Virus record (IMG/VR): IMGVR_UViG_3300036786_000016
Location: 1-39,843 of that record
Length of the DNA stretch: 39,843 bases
Reading direction: 5' to 3' (one strand)
Source: a virus
Lineage: Duplodnaviria; Caudoviricetes
Shown here: positions 1 through 7,179 of the stretch, piece after piece
How the letters are laid out: every line of letters starts with the position of its first letter
How positions within the stretch are numbered: position 1 is the first letter of the stretch
Notes under the pieces: model-generated
Told to the model about the DNA's origin: nothing
Databases searched by the model: none
Seen by the model: the letters and a program-made list of their open reading frames with translations, nothing else
Translations under genes and position numbers: made by a program

Positions 1-74
1 GCATCCCTTATGTCCGTTTTCGCGATCTAGACGCCCTTACCCTATCAAACAACATTATGATCTTGTTTTGTTGA

Positions 75-485
75 TCAATGTCGGTGCGTTTTGCCTGATG
101 ATGCTGTGTGCCGGTCATGGCATGGCTTGCACAGGCCGCGGCCGTACCTAGGATCATCCACGTCTAGCCCGAGCTCGGCAAGTTCGACCTTGCTGCGCGG
201 CCAGTGGTCGGCGGTGTCTGGCATGCGCAGGCACTGTGCATCCTGATGATCTTCACATGTCGCATCACATCGGCATTGTCGGTCGCGATCGAGTACGCCT
301 CGACGGAATCGCTCACGATGCGAGCGTCCGTATGTGCGCGACATGGTGCCTGCTCGACGATGATCGGACTCACGTCGAGCCTCGATGTCGTGCTCATCGC
401 ACATCGTCTGCCCACTGCGCCGGGTGCCACGAGGCTGGCCGCATGGGGGTACGTGCGTGCACGGGGGTGGTGGCTTCATCGGCAT
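75..485 (-). CDS. HNH endonuclease (terminase-associated, packaging type)
   Basis: VLDRDRQCRC...TADHWP...GRGLCKPCHDRHT HNH-like core, Cys-rich N-terminus, last gene of the genome as in cos-type phages. Confidence 0.85.
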   Translation of the reverse strand: MPMKPPPPCTHVPPCGQPRGTRRSGQTMCDEHDIEARRESDHRRAGTMSRTYGRSHRERFRRGVLDRDRQCRCDATCEDHQDAQCLRMPDTADHWPRSKVELAELGLDVDDPRYGRGLCKPCHDRHTASSGKTHRH

Positions 486-494
486 GGGGGTGGG

Positions 495-722
495 TCATCT
501 CTGCGCGATGGGGGTGCGTCGCTGTGGCCGCTTGGTGGTACGCGCCGTATCAAGATCACCGATGGTGAAGAAGTCGACGCGCTCGATGCGTCTCGCCGGC
601 GTCACCTTGCCACGCCGAACCCACTGGCGCACCGTGTTCCGCTGCAGGAAATGCCGATTCGCATAGTCCGCGGCATTGATGAGTTGATCCTCTGCATAGT
701 CAAAATCTCGGCGACGAATCAC
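495..722 (-). CDS. Small HTH DNA-binding protein (MerR/Xis-like)
   Basis: INAADYANRHFLQRNTVRQWVRRGKV pattern typical of MerR/excisionase-type HTH. Confidence 0.65.
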   Translation of the reverse strand: MIRRRDFDYAEDQLINAADYANRHFLQRNTVRQWVRRGKVTPARRIERVDFFTIGDLDTARTTKRPQRRTPIAQR

Positions 723-1035
723 TGTCGGTCCATCTCTGTGCGGGTATGGATAGGGGTTGCCGGTATCGGGCGTCTATCGCCGTGCCGTGTACGTGGCTGG
801 CGAATATCGGGCCTTTGTGGCCGTGCTTGATTTTGAAATGGTCGCGCCACACCAATTCACCATGCCACAGTTCATAGGTCATTCTCAGATTGCACAGTGC
901 GACGTATTCGCCGATATCGGTCAATGGCACTGCGTCGACGCGGACGCGGACGCCGTCGGACGTCGCCACGATCAGAGCCATTCCGCAGGCGCCGCATTGC
1001 GACTGTTGCGCACGAGTCGATTTCCACCACGCCAT
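700..1035 (-). CDS. Hypothetical protein with CxxC motif
   Basis: Start trimmed to ATG 1035 (MAWWKS) directly after the upstream stop; QCGACG motif, His-rich C-terminal part. Confidence 0.65.
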   Translation of the reverse strand: MAWWKSTRAQQSQCGACGMALIVATSDGVRVRVDAVPLTDIGEYVALCNLRMTYELWHGELVWRDHFKIKHGHKGPIFASHVHGTAIDARYRQPLSIPAQRWTDSDSSPRF

Positions 1036-1036
1036 A

Positions 1037-1288
1037 TCAGCACCCGACATGCCTTTCGTAACCCTGCACGGCCAATTGTTCGGCGACGAGTTCGCCACAG
1101 CGCACGCAGTCGGTTTCGTTGCCCCACGGCCGGCGTGAATGCCGCTCCCACGTCTCCAGGATCCGCACCGGGAACATCCATACGGGCAGGTCAGGGTTGG
1201 TAATCGGGGCTCGCCAGCGGATGCCGATCCGCTGGCCGAGTAGCGCCTGCAGCGGCGCTTTCCAACGTGGGCCGTCGTCAAGGTACAT
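1037..1288 (-). CDS. Hypothetical protein (CxxC...HxxC)
   Basis: Fits the tandem gene packing; DCVRCG...RHVGC; two WxAP[LI] motifs. Confidence 0.6.
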   Translation of the reverse strand: MYLDDGPRWKAPLQALLGQRIGIRWRAPITNPDLPVWMFPVRILETWERHSRRPWGNETDCVRCGELVAEQLAVQGYERHVGC

Positions 1289-1300
1289 CAGCGGCGCCCG

Positions 1301-1636
1301 CTAGCGTGGAATAGCCGCACGTGCTGTGACCTCGAATTCTTCGGCGTCCGGCGCCCGCCAGCTCGACGACATGATCTCGAATCGGGCGCAGCACCAGGGC
1401 GGCAGGTTGGCGAGATCGACGCGTCCGTGGCAGGGGCAGGTTTTCGGGCCGCGGGTTTTGCACGGCGGCGCGCATCGGCACGGGTACGGCTCCAACGTCA
1501 TGATCGGCATCGTGATCTCGATGTCGCCGATGCGCTCGATGGTCGGCACGGAAGTGAGCGCCGCCGTTCCCGCGACGGTCCAAACGGCTGTCGGCGCGGC
1601 CGGTTTTGAGGGGGGCTGTTCGATCATCGTCGCCAT
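1301..1636 (-). CDS. Cys-rich hypothetical protein
   Basis: PCRCAPPCKTRGPKTCPCHG...WCC; purine-rich sequence upstream; fits packing. Confidence 0.6.
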   Translation of the reverse strand: MATMIEQPPSKPAAPTAVWTVAGTAALTSVPTIERIGDIEITMPIMTLEPYPCRCAPPCKTRGPKTCPCHGRVDLANLPPWCCARFEIMSSSWRAPDAEEFEVTARAAIPR

Positions 1637-1637
1637 G

Positions 1638-1737
1638 TTCCCGACCCTTTCCGATCTTTCCCACCTACGGTGCGGTGGGAAAAGATCAACTCGGGGTTTC
1701 CGGGAAAACGTGGGAAACAGTCGGAAAAGATCAACTT
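1638..1737. repeat. Iteron-like repeat/palindrome cluster, candidate replication origin
   Basis: GGAAAAGATCAACT at 1678-1691 and 1723-1736; near-perfect inverted repeat 1653-1665/1674-1687; several GGGAAA/TTTCC units; directly downstream of the primase-helicase gene. Confidence 0.5.
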
Positions 1738-1738
1738 G

Positions 1739-3919
1739 TCACTCATCATCGCCCTCCGAGTCTGCCGGAGCGTGCGTCCACGTTCGTACGTGTGTATGCA
1801 TATTCGATCGTCCTTCACGGCGGATGATCAGACACCCGGCCGACTCCAGCGACCCGAGCGCGGCGCCGAGATCTTCCGTGCGCGCCTTCATCGCCTCACG
1901 GATCTCGGTCTGACTCACGGCCCGGCCGCCCCGCTGCGACATCCACTCCGAAACCCGCTGCATGAGCACGGCGTTGCGATCGGCAAGCGGCTGAGGCTCG
2001 CACACTTCGAATTGGATATGCGTTTCATCCCGTGAGTCGACAATGACGTACGCCGCCTCCTGTGTTCGATCCGAGGCACGGAATGCGCCACACTTGGCAC
2101 GTATATAGCCGGGCCGGTCTTTTCCGATGCGCATGCGAATAGCGCCCCGGCTTCCGCGCCCTAATTGCTCCGCCACCTCGACCGTGTAACCGGCGCCGTC
2201 GAGCCCGGCCATTTTCGCCTGAGCGCCGATGGCGAACCTTCCGCGGGTGTCCTGATTCTTGGTGACATGATCGATCAGGACAACAGCGGCGCCGGTATTC
2301 TGCGCGAGCCGTCGCGGAAATGCGCGGATCCACAATGCCACCTGATCATTGTCTTTCGACGATTCCACGCCGAACATTCCCATACCTTCGGTGACGCCGT
2401 CGATAATGGCGACGGTAAACGGATTAGCCATCATCATTTCGTACGCGGGCCGCTCGTCGAGTCCACCAGGGCGGGCGTCGGGCCGGATGTAGCTGAACAG
2501 TCGTTTGATCGTGTCGCCGGGCACACCCATGAGCAGTAGGCGGCCGGCAACCGTCGACGCGTCGGATTCGAAGTCCACGTAGAGCGCCGATTTGCCGGAG
2601 AGCAGCACGGTCGCGCACACGATCTGCGCAAGCAGCGACTTGCCGGATTCACTCTCCCCGTGGAACGAGTGCACGAGCCCGGGGTAGAGCAGGTTCACGC
2701 CGTCACGCCGCGGCAGGTGCGCCGGTTGCACAGGCTGATGCGTGCCGTCGAGGATCGGCCCGAGGTCAACGGGTAGCCACGTTGACGGCGGCGGCGCGTC
2801 ATCGGCCACGCCGGGTGCTCCGGTGCCCGCTCCGAGCGGCTGAGCGGGCGCGGCGTACGGCTTGAGTAACGCCATCATCGGCGACGGTTCGTTGCCGGCG
2901 AGCTTCCCGGCGGCCGTGGCCATGCTGCCCCCGTGCTCCAAGTGGGCGTACGCGGCGAATTTCGTGTACTGCTGCTCCGGCTCGAACGTGCTCGACGTCG
3001 TGAACACCCACAGGCCGCCGGGATCGCCGGGTCCGTCGTCCGTCGTCGTCGCGGACACGCCGCTTTCCTTGCCAGGTCGACACCAGTAGGTTTTTCCACC
3101 GTGCTGGTACAGCTCACGCCATCCGTGGGGCGTGAGTATCTGCGCCCACGTATGCTGTCGGGCGAACACGTCGCCGGGTCGGTCGCCGTCGTTTGCCCCC
3201 GTGATCGCCGCGCCGACCGGCGACGTGTTCGCCATCGGCGCCATCTGCCGCACCGGCGCAGCGATGTGCAGGGAACGGCACCACACGTGAATCTCACGCC
3301 GCTGCTCAGCGGTGATCGTGGCAATCGTCGCCGGCGACCCCCACCGCTGCACCCACGGCCGCTGACCGTACGGCCCGGCAGGATCGGACGCTTCCGCGCG
3401 GGTCGGCGCGACAATCACATACCCGCCTTGACCGCGGGTCTCGATCAGCGTCCGTTTCGGCGTGAGACCTTTCGCCGCGTTGTCGCGCTCGGCGGCCGTC
3501 CACTCATTCGGGCGGGCCGGGCGACTGGCGAGCTTGGTGTTGCCGAGCGCCGGAGCATCGGACACCCGGTAGAAAAGATGCAGCCCGTTTTTCGGCGACT
3601 CCTCGCCGTAACCGTCGACAACGGCCTGTAGCCCGGGCACGTTCGGCAGCGCCGCCTGCAGCGCATCCCACAGCCCTTCGCGAACGGCGAGACCTTCGAA
3701 TTCGAGCATTTCGAGGTTGCCGGACGTGGCCCCACAGATAATGGCGATGCCGGCGTCGTCGGAGATCAGCGGCGGAAACTCCGGCCGCTGGTTGATCCAC
3801 TGGCGCCATTCGCCGTACGGTGCCTTGCTGCCGTCGAGCCTGATCGGTATGGGCGTGCACCCGGCGGCGTACCAGGTGAGCGCGGCGAGTGATTCGGGTG
3901 AGCTCATCGGCGCTCGCAT
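1739..3919 (-). CDS. Bifunctional DNA primase/polymerase fused to RepA/AAA helicase (start 3919 or 3907)
   Basis: Prim-Pol motifs (PIRLDGSKAP, GIAIICGATSGNLEMLEFEG, GLHLFY, IETRGQGGYVIVAP); Walker A GESESGKS; Walker B IIDG; LIDHVTK; C-terminal wHTH-like region. Confidence 0.9.
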   Translation of the reverse strand: MRAPMSSPESLAALTWYAAGCTPIPIRLDGSKAPYGEWRQWINQRPEFPPLISDDAGIAIICGATSGNLEMLEFEGLAVREGLWDALQAALPNVPGLQAVVDGYGEESPKNGLHLFYRVSDAPALGNTKLASRPARPNEWTAAERDNAAKGLTPKRTLIETRGQGGYVIVAPTRAEASDPAGPYGQRPWVQRWGSPATIATITAEQRREIHVWCRSLHIAAPVRQMAPMANTSPVGAAITGANDGDRPGDVFARQHTWAQILTPHGWRELYQHGGKTYWCRPGKESGVSATTTDDGPGDPGGLWVFTTSSTFEPEQQYTKFAAYAHLEHGGSMATAAGKLAGNEPSPMMALLKPYAAPAQPLGAGTGAPGVADDAPPPSTWLPVDLGPILDGTHQPVQPAHLPRRDGVNLLYPGLVHSFHGESESGKSLLAQIVCATVLLSGKSALYVDFESDASTVAGRLLLMGVPGDTIKRLFSYIRPDARPGGLDERPAYEMMMANPFTVAIIDGVTEGMGMFGVESSKDNDQVALWIRAFPRRLAQNTGAAVVLIDHVTKNQDTRGRFAIGAQAKMAGLDGAGYTVEVAEQLGRGSRGAIRMRIGKDRPGYIRAKCGAFRASDRTQEAAYVIVDSRDETHIQFEVCEPQPLADRNAVLMQRVSEWMSQRGGRAVSQTEIREAMKARTEDLGAALGSLESAGCLIIRREGRSNMHTHVRTWTHAPADSEGDDE

Positions 3920-3951
3920 TCCATGCTGTCGATATCTGTGTGTACGGACAA

Positions 3952-3984
3952 CGTGACCCCGTCTCGCACGGAAACGGGGTCACG
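3952..3984 (-). terminator. Stem-loop upstream of the primase gene (terminator/attenuator candidate)
   Basis: 11-bp perfect inverted repeat CGTGACCCCGT / ACGGGGTCACG in an intergenic gap; no clear U-tract. Confidence 0.5.
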
Positions 3985-4008
3985 GCTTGGTGCGATGGGT
4001 GTGGCGTT

Positions 4009-4257
4009 CTACTCGGGCAGCTGACCCCAAGCGGTGATGACGCGCCAGGCGCTTGGCTGCATGGTGGTGGGGACGACGAGTCGGTACCCGTACAGAAACT
4101 CCGGCAGCTCGGTGGTCACGGGCGCGTTCCAACGGTAATGCTCGGTCCTTTCGCGCACGATTTCGTCGGCAACCAGCTGGCCAACCTCGACCATGCCGGA
4201 TGTGCAGCCGCGCCGCGCTTCGCCGACGGCATCGAGAATGACGCTGAGAACGTTCAC
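4009..4257 (-). CDS. Hypothetical protein with capsid-like C-terminal motif
   Basis: GTG start at 4257 overlaps the upstream stop (GTGA); LYGYRLVVPTTMQPSAWRVI segment. Confidence 0.6.
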   Translation of the reverse strand: MNVLSVILDAVGEARRGCTSGMVEVGQLVADEIVRERTEHYRWNAPVTTELPEFLYGYRLVVPTTMQPSAWRVITAWGQLPE

Positions 4258-4514
4258 TCCGGCACCTCCCGCCACTCGCTGACGCCGAACCGGCCGAATT
4301 CGATCTTGACGGTACCGTCCGGGCTGGCTGTGACATCGAATTCATGCGACGCGAGGTATTTCTTGGCGTGCCGCGATGTTGCCGCGGCAACCGCCCTGAG
4401 CACGTCGACATCGTCGTGTGCGCCGCTGAGTACGGTCCGGATGATGTGCGGGCCGCCACCGGGCGCGTTCTGTGACCGGCCGATGCTCTGCATGATGATC
4501 TCGATGCGGGTCAC
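4254..4514 (-). CDS. Hypothetical protein
   Basis: GTG start at 4514 overlaps the upstream stop (GTGA); 3' part of ORF 4254..4868. Confidence 0.55.
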   Translation of the reverse strand: MTRIEIIMQSIGRSQNAPGGGPHIIRTVLSGAHDDVDVLRAVAAATSRHAKKYLASHEFDVTASPDGTVKIEFGRFGVSEWREVPE

Positions 4515-4804
4515 GGGGTCAACCCACCGGGATACTGCGTGGTCGGCGCGCAGCGTTCCCACCGGAGCGAGTGCATGCCGGTCCCGTCGAACGCTGCGCC
4601 GTAGCTGCGCCGGATATCCATGCTGACGGTCGGGGCGAGCTTGACCGTGACGCATCCCTCGATCATCGACATGATGGCGCGCGCCATGTTGACCGAGTTG
4701 AAATGCTCGTTGTCGAGCTCGACGTTGAACGGCTCTCGACCTTCGACCCGCACGACGTACGTGGAGGTCGGCCGCGGGCCCGGGCCGTTGCGCTGGGCTC
4801 TCAT
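4511..4804 (-). CDS. Hypothetical protein
   Basis: ATGA overlap with the upstream gene; globular-looking sequence. Confidence 0.6.
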   Translation of the reverse strand: MRAQRNGPGPRPTSTYVVRVEGREPFNVELDNEHFNSVNMARAIMSMIEGCVTVKLAPTVSMDIRRSYGAAFDGTGMHSLRWERCAPTTQYPGGLTP

Positions 4805-5496
4805 GCCGACTCATCGTCAGGCTCGGCGGTGACGGCGAGCGAGTTGGAATACTCGGCGCGCTCGCCATGATCGAATTGGCTGCAGCCCCATCGTCCGCAC
4901 GACGAAAACCCAGTCGCGTGACTCTCGCGCTGATGACGCGAGAACATCTCGGCGAGCGCGTCGACGTGTGCGTCGACCTTGGTCAGCGACTCAGCTGCAG
5001 CCGCCTCGATGCCGTCACGGCCGGGCTCGACCGGCGTCTCGTTAACGGGCTGGACTTCGACCGGATGCGCCGACCGGTGGCGTGCCGGTTCCATTCGGTT
5101 GTACAGCGCAACGCTGCGACGCAACGTGTCGCGGTCGGTCGCCACAAACTTCGTGCCGTCTCTGGTGTACGCATGAAACGGCCCGTCCGGCGATGAGCCG
5201 TAGACGCGGACGCCTTCCGGCTTGGTGCTGTCGAGTGGCGGGTCGGCGTTTTTGTTGTCGAACGCGATGAGCGCAGCCTTGACGTGCTCGCGGAGTTGGA
5301 TAAATTCCTCCGCTATCACAGCCTGCCGGGCGAGCAGGGTATTGATGTCCATTGCCCGCCTCTTCGACTCGCTGAGCATGGTGTTTTGTTTGATTCCGAG
5401 CTGCCGAAGATCTTCGCCCAGATACGGGAACTGATCTTGCAGCATGGCGAGCGCGATGCGCCACATGCGCTGGTCTCGCTTGGTCTTAAGTTTCAT
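4801..5496 (-). CDS. Hypothetical protein (helical N-terminal region)
   Basis: Start trimmed to ATG 5496 (MKLKTKRD) downstream of a terminator hairpin. Confidence 0.65.
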   Translation of the reverse strand: MKLKTKRDQRMWRIALAMLQDQFPYLGEDLRQLGIKQNTMLSESKRRAMDINTLLARQAVIAEEFIQLREHVKAALIAFDNKNADPPLDSTKPEGVRVYGSSPDGPFHAYTRDGTKFVATDRDTLRRSVALYNRMEPARHRSAHPVEVQPVNETPVEPGRDGIEAAAAESLTKVDAHVDALAEMFSRHQRESHATGFSSCGRWGCSQFDHGERAEYSNSLAVTAEPDDESA

Positions 5497-5528
5497 CGTC
5501 TGTCCGATCTTGGTGTGTGTGCGGCGGT

Positions 5529-5571
5529 GAAAGTGGCGGCCGGGGCAGGGAAGAGAGCCACCGGCCGCCAC
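5529..5571 (-). terminator. Intrinsic terminator after the SSB-like gene
   Basis: GTGGCGGCCGG / CCGGCCGCCAC 11-bp stem followed by TTTC on the minus strand. Confidence 0.65.
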
Positions 5572-5584
5572 GCTATCGAGGGGC

Positions 5585-6487
5585 TCAGCCCTGGTACTGC
5601 TGCGGGTACTGCTGCTGTTGCATGTTCGCGTACGCCTGCTGAGCCTCGGGCGCGCCCGGGCCGACGATGCCGGGCCGATACCCGCCCGGCACCTGCTGCG
5701 GCTGCTGCTGACCGTACGGGGCAGCCGGGTACTGCTGCTGTGGCGGCTGGCCATAGCCCTGAGGTGCCGGAGCGTACGCCTGCGGCTGAGGCTGGCCGTA
5801 ACCCTGCGGCTGGCCGTAGCCGGGCATCGGCTGCTGCCCCTGAGGTGCCGGAGCATACTGCGGTGGCACGTTCGGCACGCTCTGCATGGCCTTGAGCTGC
5901 TCATCGGTTCCGAGTTCCGCCTGCCAGTTCGGCCGCCGGGTCACGAAATCATTCGCACGCTGCACACTGGCCGGATTCTCCGACTCGTCGTTGAGCATGA
6001 ACGGCGCCGAGTTGCTGCCCCGGGCCGTGCCCTTCGTCATGCGGCCAAGAACCGGCTCGCCGATCTGCCGGGCAAGCCCGGCGGCGAGAACCTTGCCACC
6101 CCACATGACGCCGATGAACGTCTTGCCGGGTGCACCGTCGGCGCCGACGCCGTCGAGGTCGACAACGTTCACCTGAATCGCGTCGGACGCCGGCTTAGCA
6201 GCTTCCTTGACGCTGCCGTCCGGGTTGAGCACCTCGGCGCGCGGCGCGAAGAACGCCGGCAGCAGAGCAACCGGGTAGACGATGAGCAGCTTGTTGGCGA
6301 GGTCGGTTGCGGTCACACGGTCGCCGGACGGCGCCGCCTGAGGCTTCACGAACGACACCGGGCCGGGCGCGGGCGCGGGCGCGGGCGCCTGCTGTGGCTG
6401 GCCGTAGCCCTGCTGTGCCGGGTACTGCTGCGGTGGTGCGTACTGCGGTGCAGGCTGGCCGTAGCCCTGCGGGTAGTTGGGCTGCAC
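5585..6487 (-). CDS. Putative ssDNA-binding protein with Q/P/Y/G low-complexity arms
   Basis: GTG start with GAGAGGGG RBS; central globular domain (DLANKLLIVYP...VVDLDG...VLGRMTKG...SAPFML) resembling an actinophage SSB-like family; downstream of the Cas4-like nuclease. Confidence 0.55.
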   Translation of the reverse strand: MQPNYPQGYGQPAPQYAPPQQYPAQQGYGQPQQAPAPAPAPGPVSFVKPQAAPSGDRVTATDLANKLLIVYPVALLPAFFAPRAEVLNPDGSVKEAAKPASDAIQVNVVDLDGVGADGAPGKTFIGVMWGGKVLAAGLARQIGEPVLGRMTKGTARGSNSAPFMLNDESENPASVQRANDFVTRRPNWQAELGTDEQLKAMQSVPNVPPQYAPAPQGQQPMPGYGQPQGYGQPQPQAYAPAPQGYGQPPQQQYPAAPYGQQQPQQVPGGYRPGIVGPGAPEAQQAYANMQQQQYPQQYQG

Positions 6488-6537
6488 TTGGCTTGCCCCT
6501 CTCATTCGATGGTTGGCTGTGGCTTCTGCCGTTGCCG

Positions 6538-6616
6538 TTCCCCGGGCAGGATTCGAACCTGCGCCCACCGATTTCTAGCGGCCGTTTCGGCGCTCTGTCC
6601 ACTGAGCTACCGGGGA
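6538..6616 (-). tRNA. tRNA-like RNA (Arg-like body) with enlarged 13-nt anticodon loop, no encoded CCA
   Basis: TCCCCGG/CCGGGGA acceptor stem, TA, GCTC-AGTGGACA-GAGC D arm, CCGA/TCGG anticodon stem, TGGGC variable loop, GCAGG-TTCGAAT-CCTGC T arm; anticodon arm is 23 nt instead of 17. Confidence 0.85.
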
Positions 6617-6623
6617 AGATCAT

Positions 6624-6824
6624 TTAGATATCCGTCAATCTGACCTTGATCTTTGCGACCGCCTCGTCGATCAGGTCACGCAGGTCGAACAGATTGTCGA
6701 CGTCGCTCATGACCTGCGTGGATAAGCTGGTGACGGCGGCCGGCGAACCGTCCGGCCACGCAACGTCTGTCATCTCGGCAATGACGGTAACCCGTACTCC
6801 GATCACTTCGGCCACGATCCCCAT
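6624..6824 (-). CDS. Hypothetical protein
   Basis: Fits between the membrane gene and the tRNA-like element; exact start uncertain. Confidence 0.5.
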   Translation of the reverse strand: MGIVAEVIGVRVTVIAEMTDVAWPDGSPAAVTSLSTQVMSDVDNLFDLRDLIDEAVAKIKVRLTDI

Positions 6825-7096
6825 GCGTGCATATCGCCGAGCGCGTGCGTCATGTCGAGATCGGGTAGCGCCGTCATCTCGACACGCAACGGGCCGTCGG
6901 GCCGCTGGAGCTCGGCGAATTCGAGCATCGAGTGCACGTCCTCAGCGTCGGCGTAGCCGTTGTTATACGCCTCTCGGGCGCTGGCCGTGCTCATGTCGAG
7001 GCCGCTCCAGCGACCCATGATGAACGCCATGATCGTGCATCCGATGCCGCATGCCGCGACGACGTACAGCAAGATCATAAGCATGTTGTTGGTCAT
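6803..7096 (-). CDS. Membrane-anchored hypothetical protein
   Basis: N-terminal hydrophobic helix MLMILLYVVAACGIGCTIMAFIM; purine-rich RBS; first gene after a promoter. Confidence 0.65.
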   Translation of the reverse strand: MTNNMLMILLYVVAACGIGCTIMAFIMGRWSGLDMSTASAREAYNNGYADAEDVHSMLEFAELQRPDGPLRVEMTALPDLDMTHALGDMHAWGSWPK

Positions 7097-7139
7097 GTCT
7101 TCCCTGCCTCTATCTGCAATGTGTGACAGCTACGGACAC

Positions 7140-7168
7140 GAGCATACTCAACATGCACCAGCCGTCAA
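7140..7168 (-). promoter_or_regulatory. SigA-like promoter overlapped by an operator
   Basis: Minus strand TTGACG-16 nt-TATGCT; operator GAGCA-N9-TGCAC at 7140-7158. Confidence 0.65.
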
Positions 7169-7179
7169 GCGCCCGGATG

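Noticed and set aside
1624-1818. Small ORF spanning the repeat cluster behind the primase
   Set aside because: Its sequence simply reflects the DNA repeats (LIFS twice) and it overlaps both neighbours; treated as non-coding.
6538-6616. tRNA element as attP core, or as amber suppressor (CTA), Leu (TAG) or Ser (AGA) tRNA
   Set aside because: No integrase and both tRNA halves are present; none of these triplets sits in a canonical 7-nt loop, so no anticodon can be assigned.
3931-7138. Shared TACGGACA/TATCTG words upstream of the primase (3931-3950) and gene 7096 (7110-7138)
   Set aside because: Only two short copies with different spacing; could be chance.
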